NCBI GenBank assembly: GCA_951406725.2
Contig: OX597817.1
Span: forward strand, 35,030,001-35,094,000
Reading direction: 5' to 3'
DNA: 64,000 bases
DNA from: Octopus vulgaris
Lineage: Eukaryota
Shown: positions 12,601-24,600 of the stretch, in pieces
How the letters are laid out: each line of letters starts with the position of its first letter
Numbering within the stretch: the stretch's first letter is position 1
The notes under the pieces: generated by a model
Told to the model about the DNA's origin: nothing
Database searches by the model: none
The model's input: the letters and a program-made list of their open reading frames with translations, nothing else
Translations under genes and position numbers: made by a program

Positions 12601-15600
12601 GAGTATTATCAATGTAAGACTTTGCTTGGTAGTAAAACTTCTCTGATGAAATAAACGAATGGTTTCAGAATTTGTATTCCATCAGAGGTTCTTTCACTGT
12701 CAAGTGACTACATAATGATGATTTGTTCTTTCAAAAATTAAAAAAAATAAAAATTATCTAAAAGACAAAAGAATTATTAAAAACAGTAACACATAATAGT
12801 ACTGCTGCATACATCGTTGGGCCATTAGTTCACTGTGGAAGATATTTATGTTTGCATTGTGATTTATGAATAACTATAGCTGTGTGGTTTCTTATTAGTG
12901 TTTTTAAACTCACAGGAAGATCTCTGCTCATGCAAGGATTTGATCTTATGAATTATGGAGTGCTATCACTGTCTTCAGTGGTAAGTTTATTATGCTATGG
13001 TGCTTGTTCGCGGTTAGATGATGGACCATCGAAATTATTTTTCTTTGCCAGGGAGATAATACTGATGGTAGGATACAATTATAGTTTTGTATATTTCATG
13101 AGAATAGTTTTGTGTCTGTACTTTGTTTTTTAATGATGTTATATTCTGAATTAATTTTTCAACTCCACCAATTGTATTGTTTATTTAATATTGCAGGTCA
13201 GCAAATAGTAAGGCTTCCTGATGGCCGTCTGCAATTGATAACACTTCCTACAACTGCCCCTACTGTGGCTACTGTTTCTACAACTACTACACCTGGTCAA
13301 GTACGTCCACAAGTGACCATCCGGCCACAACAGCAGGCCGTTTTACTTAGCACCTCTGCTGCTGCTGGTGCAACAGCTCAGCCTACTCGGCTTGTTGTCC
13401 CTGCTGCGAATACACAAGCAACTGTTACTGCCACCACAACTGCCCCAAGCACCACTCCAAATGTTGCTGGAACAACAACAACAACAACGACGATAACAAC
13501 CACAGTAACAGCCACAACTGCTTCAGCTGCAGCAGCAGCAGCAACAACAACAACAGCAGCAGCAGCAACAGCAGCAGCAACTGCAGCAACTGCAGCAGCT
13601 GCAGCAGCAACAACAACAGCAGTAGCAGCTTCAACAACAACAACAGCAACTGTACCAGCAACAACAGTAGCAGTAGCAACTTCAACAGTAGCTGCAACAG
13701 TAGCGTCAACCACTGCTCCTACAGTAACAACAACACCAACTGCAACAGCTCCTGCAGTTACCACTAGTGCAGTGGTTTCCTTGTCTAATTCCAAAGTCAC
13801 TCAGAATACCAACACTACAACTATACTAACCACTGTTGTATCTCGTCCAGCTGTCAACACTGTGGTCCCTGCAAGTACCACTATGTTAACAGCTTCTCCA
13901 CTAACCAGTCGTGTGATTGCCAAGCCTATTGTTTCTGTGGTTACGAGTCGCCCTGGTACAACAACAGTCCCTATTGCTATTATGAACACTGGTAGTGTTG
14001 GTGGCACCAGTGTTTTGACAACAGCCCGTCCTCTCACTGCCCTGGCTGCTGGCTCTAATGCTCCTGCAACTACCTCCAGCACAGTAACTCATGCAACTGC
14101 AGCTGTCACTGCAACAACAACCACAAAATACGCACTTACTCCTCAAGTTGTGCAACAAGGTATCTAACTCTTATTGTTAAAAAAGATTATTTTATATTCT
14201 TATGGTCCAACCCATGCTAGCATGGAAAGCGGACGTTAAACGATGATGATGATGTGTGTTTTGCTTACTTTAACGGAACTTTCTGTTTCTCTTGTTTCTA
14301 GTATTGCATATGAAATGTTAAAATGGTTGAGTGGATTAACACCTCGGGTTATGAGTTCAAATTCATTGTTGGCATTTGGGTCCTTAACCCTTTCGTTACC
14401 AACCCGGCAGAAACCGCCTCTGGCTCTTAAGTCTTGAATTAAAATTTTCCAGCAACCCTTAGTCACAATTTATGTACCTAACACTAGCTTAATGATAACT
14501 AAGTTATTTTACTAAATTCTTTGTTATATTTAAAGTAAATGAAAGAAACACAGAACATCTCAAAATAAATACGGTAATGAAAGGGTTAAACAGCACACTT
14601 TATTCCACATGCTTCTCTTCACTTGAGAGGAATAGATGACAAAACTCTGAGGAAAAGTTACTCATATGGAATACAATAACGATACAATAAGTTCATTATC
14701 ATTTTCAAAATTTACCTCCTTTACTTAATGATATAGAAACAAGAGTTGAACCTTAGATAAATGAACTTGAATGGTTTATTAAAGAATTAAATAAGATACA
14801 CTTAATGAGTTATGGAAATAATATCAACCCTGACCCTAATCACAGTATCTAGTTCTATACCACTTATTTCTTAATTTAATTTACTGCAGTTGATTTGATT
14901 GACAACACCCTCTTTTTTGCCAGATCTTGCTTCTATTAATTCTAATACATATTATAATCACTCAGTCCAGTATTGCTGAGTGATTATAATGTATATATAT
15001 ATATGTTTTTATTTATGTGCCCTTTTCAAGCCTAGCCAGGCTGATGGGCCTGGTTTCCCGGTTTCTATGGCGTATGTGTTCCCCCCAGCTGGACAGGACG
15101 CCAGTCCATCACAGCGTTACTCAAGAAACAGGAAGAAAGAGTGAGAGAAAGTTGTGGCGAAAAAGTAAAACAGGGGTTGCCACCACCCTCTGCCAGAGCC
15201 TCGTGGAGCTTTAGGTGTTTTCGCTCAATAAACACACACAACACCCAGTCTGGGAATCGAAACCGCGAGTCCGCTGCCCTAACCACTGGGCCATTGCGCC
15301 TCCATATATATATATATATTATAATATATATTCCTTCATAATATTTCAAATGAAGGAACCTGTCCAAAACATTAGTCGTTTCCATTTTTTTTTGGTATTC
15401 TAACATCACTCGCTTTTTATATTTACTGTAATACATTATATATTTTGTTTAATCATAGTCAAAGTTCAGTTGATATGTTAGTTGAATTAACTTCATCCTC
15501 TCCTGTTATTATATAATGTATGACCTTGTACTTAGGGAAAGTAATTCAATTATATTTCAGTTATTCAATTATATTTCAGTTATTCAATTATATTTCAGGT

Positions 15601-18600
15601 TGTTTGAGAGAAATTAACATTTTACTGTTGAATTAAGATTTTGTTTATTTTTATCGCAGTTGTTCGACAAGCTTTGCTGCAAAACCAAAGCCCAGAGATC
15701 CAAGCAAAATTACTGGCATATCAGCGGCAAATGCAAGCACAGAAATCACAACCTATTACTACCTTACAGGCTCTTGCAGCCATACAAGGGAAATCTAAGG
15801 ATAAGATTATCAGTGCATTGCCTCAACAATTGGTGCTGAAGCAAGCTACAAGCTCAACCAGTACGACCATCCCTATAGTCACCAATACTGTCTCTACTGC
15901 TGTAGAAACGCCAAAAGCAAAGCCTAAAGCTCTCACTCCAGAACAGAAGGATGAACAAATTCGGTAGGTTATTGCTTATACTAGCTGGCCCCTTGCCATT
16001 AAAAATTATGGTTAATTGTAGTATTTTATATATAAAGAAGGTACAAAATAATCACAGATACAAGCATTCACATACTTCCCTTGTACAGACATATGCTCAC
16101 ACAGAGTTGAAACACTGTTTGATTTTTTTCTTTTCAGCATTGAATGTTCACCATCCCACTTCCATTGCACACACTCACACTCATGCAAAGTTGAAATGCT
16201 GTTTGATTTTTTTCCTTTCTCACCATGTAACTTCCATTACCCCACTACCAAATTTGCCATCATCCCTTCCTTTCTCATTCATATGCTGTGATGGAGAAAT
16301 ACACAAGAGTATTATAGTAGATGTTTTTGGTTGTTGAATAATTTCTCATTAAATACACACACACACACATGCACACTAATTGAAATTGGGGGTGGGGTCC
16401 ACAAATGGTGCTGCCTTACATTCCTGTTAAAGTCAACTGTATTAAGTCCACTTTATTGTAAATTGGTTGTTGTTTTATTCTTGTGTGTATTATGATAGCA
16501 GCACTAGTTGAGACATCTCTTCGGATATGTAGCTTTCACTAGTAAATTTTTTGTGTGGTTTACTCAGACAAGGAAGAGCAGCACCGATGATTCTTTCGTA
16601 AGGAATGGTGGTGGGGTAAAGGAGGAAGTTAACTTCTCAGGCTGGATATCTGGCCTGAATGCTTGCAAACAGAGGACTCACCCAAAAGACACTGAAGGAC
16701 CAAGTGGTGGGTTAAACTGAGCAGCAGGTTAATTCTACCATCCAGCTGTAGGTACAGCCCACTTGACAGGTTTCCACACAGTTTTTGTGTATCCAATTTC
16801 AACAGGTCAAATTGTGGTTGTGTAGAAGATAAGGTTTTTCACAGTGGGACAGCAATGTAAAGTTCTTAATTTTATGGTTATGCTTGCACTTAAAAAGAAA
16901 CTACTTAATAACCCCCTTTTGCTCTTCAAGTGAGGTCATTGCCAGTACCGCCTGACTGGCCCCCGTGCCAGTGGCGCATAAAAGCACCCACTACACTCTC
17001 GGAGTGGTTAGCATTAGGAAGGGCATCCAGCTGTAGAAACTCTGCCAGATCAAGATTGGAGCCTGGTACAGTCATCTGGTTCACCAGTCCTCAGTCAAAT
17101 CGTCCAACCCATGCAAGCATGGAAAGCAGATGTTAAATGATGATGATGAAAAACTGATCAGTAAAATTTTCTCGACAAATCTTTATCATAGTTTACATCT
17201 AAAAAAAAAAATGCAAAATTACTGTTTTTTTCTGGAAGAAAAGTAGTTGAATACTGGTATGTTAGTTTATTAGTTTACAAGTTAAAAAGCAAGACTCTAA
17301 AGTAAGTTAATCTACGCCCTTTTAGGATCATTGTAATGTTCCCATGCTAGAAATAAAATACACAATGTGCCCATACTATAAAAATATATGAATGCATATT
17401 TAATGTATCCATTGTTATATTCTATTTTGCAGCCTTTCTGTGTGTAGTCAAGCTATAAAGAATATTCTTGATAAAATTGAGAGAGAGGAGAAAGTAGAAC
17501 AAAAAAGGATTAAGAAACAAGAGTGTGCTGAGGAGAAGCAGAAGCGTGTTATTGCCTCCAAGCTTCAAGCTGTGCTCTTCAAACAAAAAGAAGCCTTGAA
17601 AAAAGAGATTTTACGTAAACGTTCATTAATGGAGAAGAATCTTCAACATGATATTCAGGTATTTTGAGCAACTTTTGCATTCTGCTAATTACTCTTTACT
17701 CTCTTTTAACTCTTTTACTAGTTTCAGTCGTTTGACTGCGGCCATGCTGGAGCACCGCCTTTAGTCGAGCAAATCGACCCTAGGACTTATTCTTTGTAAG
17801 CCTAGTACTTATTCTATCAGTCTCTTTTGTCGAACCGCTAAGTTACGGGGATGTAAACACACCAGCATCGGTTGTCAAGCGATGTTGGGGGGACAAACAC
17901 ACACACATATATATATATACATATATATTGACGGGCTTCTTTCAGTTTCTGTCTACCAAATCCACTCACAAGGCTTTGGTTGGCCCGAGGCTATAGTAGA
18001 AGACACTTGCCCAAGGTGCCACGCAGTGGGACTGAACCCGGAACTATGTGGTTGGTAAGCAAGCTACTTACCACACAGCCACTTCAGCGCCTATTGTTTA
18101 ATTGATTTAGAAATTATGTTTTCTCTTTTACTTTTACTTAAATGTTGCCTTATGTTTTGATTTTCAGATGGAAATAAATGAATGCATCAAGAAACAGAAA
18201 AAGAAAACCGTTACGAAAGCAGCAGTTGCCGCAACATCTCCAGTTGCTGCCAGGCGTAAAGATGATACACTAAATGCATCAGTAGCGGCGCCCACGGCTC
18301 CTGCTCCTGTTACTGTTTCTAAGAAGAAGAAGCAGAAGATTATATCAACTGGCAAATCTTTTAATCCAGCTGAAAAATTGTACTGCATATGCAAGACACC
18401 ATATGATGACTCAAAGTAAGTAAAGCCTTCTGTTGTTGTCCTCTTCCTTTTTCCTAAAATGCCTTCTTACTGGCTGTATACACATGAGAAACAGTACTTT
18501 AGGTAACTTTTAAACCAACCCATAAATCTGTATAGAAAGTATTTGTTTATGCTGAACTATAATTTACTCTATGGGATAGTGTATCCCATTTGTATATATC

Positions 18601-21600
18601 GGTATTAGAAAAATTAGCTTAATTTCTTAGATGTATTTCATGTGTATACACAAGGGAAATTAATGTTCAGTGTGCACACTAACAAATACACAAGTGTCTA
18701 AGTACACATCAACAAATATGTTGCAGAGAGCACTTCATGAATATGCATGTGCAAACAAAGGTAAGGCAGTTATATTTCAATGTTTGTGAGTATTCCATCA
18801 AAGGTAAGGCAGTGGTACACATACTTTATGCTCTACATCAAGAAAGTTAAAATGAGTATATCTAACATGTCATGGATGTATTTTGTATGTATAACCAGCA
18901 AATGTGAAACTACTTTGCCGTATATGTATCACATTAGCAAAGTTAATGCAAATGTACTCGATAAGGTATATTACATTTGATTTCTGTCATTATTAAATCT
19001 GTTGGTCAATTTCCTGACAACATTAACCTCATCAATAATTGTCCAGAATGTGGACTGTCAAATTAAGGTAGTCAAGAAGTGACTCATCAATGAAAAAGCT
19101 GCAGTAGTTTTAAAACTACATCACATCTTTCCAGTTGAGTTCAGCCTAGTATAGTGCTGGATTGAGATGGTTGGAAAAACAGAATGTAACATTACCATTT
19201 TCATTTATTATGGCAAATGATGTTAATGGACAAATCTGTGCATAAAACAGTAGTATTGTTGTAAAAGTTACAAAATCTGTTACTGGTTTGTTAGATTTAT
19301 GCCACATAATAAAAAGAGTTCAGTTGCAAACAAAGATTAAAACTTCTTTTTTCAGAATTTTATTTTTTTACAAAGGTTATATAAAAATGGTATTTGTTTG
19401 TTATACTTTGATTTAATGTACTTGAAAAGTTTTTTTCTTTTTCTGCAAGGTAAGTTGGTTATCAACCTGGTACTTTAGACTTATTTTTTTCCATGCTTCA
19501 TATTCATGGTTTGAATTTTCTCAGGGCATCATCTCAGTCAAATACATTATTGCTGATGTGTGTGTGTCAGCATCTTTCTTGCTCAGATTATCAACATTGT
19601 CTGATAAGCAGTTTAAAAAATTCTCTCCACTTCTGCCATTGGTTGTCATCATCTCCTTATTCATCCTTGCATGTGTTATTACCCCATATTAAAACACATT
19701 TATCATCAGCATAGCTTCTTTCTTTGTAGCTATTCTTCTGTTTCTTTCTGGTTGTTGCAATTATTTTCAGGTATTCTTTTATAGTAACATTCAAATCTAT
19801 TCTGTATTGAATGATGGTAACAAATTGTTTCCCTTCTTTTGAATTCATTGGGTTTTTATCATTTTATGTTTTTTTTCATTAGCTTTAATAGTTTTAATAA
19901 ATACTAATACTACATATTTCCCTTGCCCTAAACTGTAAATAAACTGGAGAGATAATATTCAGACTGTGGTAATACTAAGCAGATAGTAAACTAAATTGAG
20001 AATGGGAGGTGGCCATTTTGTGTAGCAGGAAATGGGTAGACTGGGCATTTCAGACAACGATTTTTTCCCATCAGTAACTGGTGCTTTGACATATACCATG
20101 ATTTCTGCATGGTGAAACAATAGCATGATAGTTAGGGGAGAGAAGGATATTGTTACTTAAAACCTATTCTCTCTCTCTTACACACACACAAACATGCATA
20201 CATATACCCAAATATCTTTTCATGATAAATTTAGATCTTGTGACCTGTGCGATGGTTGCATAATCCATTTACTTGAGAAAGCTGCTGGATGATGTGCATA
20301 GCTGTTTCTCTTTGCTATACTTGTTCAGTCAGTTTGGTGACTCTAATGTTTCCAAAACTATCTGAAACCATCAAGAGATCTTGAACAAATATACCCACTG
20401 GCTCTCTGGCTCTCTGGCTATCATCTAGCCTACTGCCCTTGATGGGCAATAAGATTGGTGTAAATGAAGGGTTGTTCTGTTTTGCTACAGGTTCTACATT
20501 GGTTGTGATCTGTGTTCCAATTGGTTCCACGGGGCCTGTGTAGCTGTTTCTGAGGAGCAGGCTCAGGACATAGAATCCTACGTGTGCGATGAATGCAAGT
20601 TGCATCGAGAGAATACATCAGAAGAGCTCTACTGCATTTGCAGAACTCCTTATGACAAGTCTCAGTAAGTAGGAACTCCAACTCACATCAGAAGAACAAT
20701 TTTTTTTTTTACTTTGATTCTGTGACTGCTTGTAAAGTCTGTCTGTCTCTTTCTCTCTATTCCCCTGATGGAAACATTTTGTCTATGTCCGCATGTAGTA
20801 TACTAACTCTAGCTGCTTGAGGATGGATCCTCCAAAGCCTAATCACTACAGTGGTGTATCATTGGGGTTGTCTGTGTCATTTCGCTCTCATTTCTCTATT
20901 CATTGTCCTGCATGTTTCAGTTTTAAGATTTCTATATATTCTACACATTTCAATCTGTTGACATTTCTTTTTCCATACACTTCTCATCTATTTTTATTTC
21001 TTTCTCAGTTTAGTGTTACTAAAATGTTATCATATATTCTGTTCAGTATTTCTCTCTCTCTCTCTTCACACATACGCACATTTATACATGTCTGCCTATT
21101 TATACATACACACACACACACGCACTCATATACTTATGTATTTACATGTAATCTTGTACAACCTGTTGCATGGTCAGATTGTCAGTGCTTAAACTTGCAA
21201 CCCTACCAGGTAAGAAGAGTGGTTTTTGTTGGACTCCCTGCTGGACAAAAAACAAAACCTGTCAAAGTACAGATGAACTCGGAGTCAATGGCCATCCTTC
21301 AACTAGAGTGAGAGAACCCTAGACTTTGTTTAGACAACTCTCTAGAAGAAGAAAATTCCCAAATAACTCCCACCTCATTGCAAACCCAGAGATCTTGATC
21401 TTGCTTGTTTCTGGACTACTTGGCTTTGTAGGTGAAAGTCTTAGCGATGTTGTTCAATCTGTTATTGATTTCAACTTCCAGCATGAGCATTGCTGACAGC
21501 CATTGACTTGAACATTTCGGATGGTCATGCTCATCTGCATATACATATGTATATACACACACACACATACATATATTATATACCTTAAATTGCTTTCAAA

Positions 21601-24600
21601 TTAAAGATGCTATAATTATTGGTTAAGTTAACATTCTTTTATAATTTTTTTTTTCACTTTTAACACTGCCTTTCATAAGCATTTCATCTTCATTTCTATC
21701 TTGAAATTCTACATCCATTTTATTAGTTCTTTCATTATTTCTGAACATTTATAACAATTAACTGACTTTTTTTTTTGTTTTGTTTACCAAATATTAAATT
21801 TTCATTATTTGCTTCTGTTTATATAAAAAAAAAAGTGCACAAAATTGTGAAGTTTGCAATGAGCCACTTGGCCTTAGCAGGCTCAATGATATATATATAT
21901 ATACACACATGTATGTATGTATATAAATCAAGCTTGTATTGCACAAGCTGTGATTAAATCATTTCAGGAATTCTTTCTGTTAGTGTTACATGTCAAAAAC
22001 TTGGTTATTGTATTTGAAATGTGTAATATATGTTGTTGTTTTTTTGTTTTATTTTTGCACAGTTGCTTTACATTGATAAAATATTTGGCAGGTTTTTGGC
22101 TACTTCTCTTAAAATAAAATATTTCTTATTGTATAACAAATGCTTTTATTCATAATGTCTTCTTCGTATTCCAGCAGTAACAAACTGTTATTACTCTGCA
22201 ATGTTTAACTGAAGTTAAAGGAAAGACTTGAAGAGAATTAACAGCCACTGTTGCTTGGAATGATGCCCGAGCGAATCGGTGAAACAACTGTACTAATAAT
22301 ATAATTCTGTACTAATAATATAATTCTGTACTAATAATATAATTCTGTTTGTGTAAAACAATCTAGATATATAATTATCAATGAAACATTTGTGCAAATT
22401 CTATGTAAATATTTATCTCCTTTTCTGTTTTTATGATGACTTATTTCATCTGTTTGATCCATTCCAGGTTTTACATTGGGTGTGACCGATGCCAAGATTG
22501 GTTCCATGGACGCTGTGTTGGGGTTACAAAAAGTGAAGCAGATAGCATGGATACGTATCTTTGCCCTACTTGTAAAAAGAATGAACATGGGGATAAATAT
22601 TCCCAAAGAGTCATGTCAGACAAAGACTACGACAGTTTACGGCGCTTACTTCGCAGCCTTCAGGTAATACTTTGATGCTGCTATTGTCCATCGATTTTTT
22701 TTTGTCATTTGGAAGAAGATTGAAACTTTTTTTAGATGAGTTGATAAAATTTTATTTCTCCCAATACTGTAAACATTTGTATCTCCTCTATCTCTCTATA
22801 TATATACTCTTTTACTTGTTTCAGTCATTTGACTGCGGCCATGCTGGAGCACCGCCTTTAGTCGAGCAACTCGACCCCGGGACTTATTCTTTGTAAGCCC
22901 AGTACTTATTCTATCGGTCTCTTTTGCCGAACTGCTAAGTGACGGGGACATAAATACACCAGCATCGGTTGTCAAGCAATGCTAGGGGGACAAACACAGA
23001 CACACAAACATACATATATATACATACGACGAGCTTCTTTCAGTTTCCATCTACCAAATCCACTCACAAGGCTTTGGTCGGCCCGAGGCTATAGTAGAAG
23101 ACACTTGCCCAAGGTGCCACGCAGTGGGACTGAACCCGGAACCATGTGGTTGGTAAGCAAGCTACTTACCACACAGCCACTCCTGCGCTATATTTATATA
23201 TTATATATATATATAATTTTATGTCTAATTAAATATTTAAGGAAGAATCTATATTATCTGTGATATTCATGGCTTTTCCATGGACACTAGCAATGTAATT
23301 GAAGTGAATGGCTTCAGCTGAGAATTTTAACTATTGCTCTCTTTGTTTACCTGGTGCTTTTGGCTTGGTGTACACTACACCAGTGAAGGTGCATGGCTCA
23401 GTGGTTAGAGCATCAGGCTTGCAATCATGAGGTAGTAAGTTTGATTCCTGGATAGGCTGTGGTGTGTTCTTGAGCAAGACACTTTATTTCACATTGCTCC
23501 AGTTCACTCAGCTGTGGCAATGAGTTGCAATGTCACTGATGCCAAGATGTATTGGCCTTTGCTCTCCCTTGACATGGAGAGGAGAGGTTGGTATGCATGG
23601 GCAATTACTGCTCTTCCATAAATAAGTTTACCCAGAATTGTGCCTCAGGGATTAACTTTCTAGGTACAATCCCACAGTCATTTATACACTATACCGCAAA
23701 AATATTTACATTTAAAGAAATACTAAATATGTTTTCTAATTTATTTAGGCAAATAAGATGGCATGGCCATTCTTGGAACCAGTTAACAGGCTTGAAGCCC
23801 CCGACTATTATGATGTCATCAAAGAACCTATGGGTAAGTGAAATAGTTTTTAACTAAAATGCTTTTCAGAATCAATCATAGATGCAATAAAAAGCAACGG
23901 GTAATGATGCTGCACCACATACAAGGTTCTTATGGAAAAGAGCCTCATACAAAGGTTCTAGGCAAATCTTATTTATTATATCTAGCTGAATGTAAGTACT
24001 TTTTCCAGTTTACATGAAGCAGAAGTAGAATCAGAACTCTGCTGTAAAATACTTGCCCTCACAATTCATATGCCAGAATTGGAAAAAAAAAAAAAAATTC
24101 CATGTGTAAAACATGAGGGAGAAAATGAAACTGAAAGTAGTATTCATATTTTAGAATGATCGTATATGGTTTGAATTGATTTCATATGGCTGATATTGAT
24201 TTTATTGGGTTGAAAGAAGTGAAAAGTAAAATTGACTTGGGTTGAAACTGAACTGAGGATATAAGGCATTTTAACTCAGCATTCCCATATTTCTGCCTTA
24301 ATATCCATATATTGCCTCACAGAGGCAATGACGAAAGACCAAGATCTCTGGAGATATGCTGTGACTGCGAAGACCCAACAAATAACGCGAGTTCATGGCT
24401 GTTTCCTGCACCAGTTCCACATAGCAGCCCCAGCCCATCCAAAGTATCTTGGATCGCAGAACGGCCTGCTGTGCTTACCTTGGATCGTAGAGTGACCTCC
24501 TGTGCTTGAGGAGACCTATTGAGTCAAGTACATCTACATCTACATAAAAAAAATCAAATGGAAATTGTAGTTGTGATACCTGTGCTGGTGGCACATAAAA

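Noticed and set aside
12641-12688. CTGATGA-containing hairpin as a hammerhead
   Set aside because: No stem II followed by GAAA in the correct geometry.
13378-14158. Minus-strand Val/Ala- and Leu-rich ORFs
   Set aside because: Shadow frames of the BPTF low-complexity exon.
14951-14990. Perfect 15-bp hairpin
   Set aside because: Too short for a pre-miRNA; probably a local inversion.
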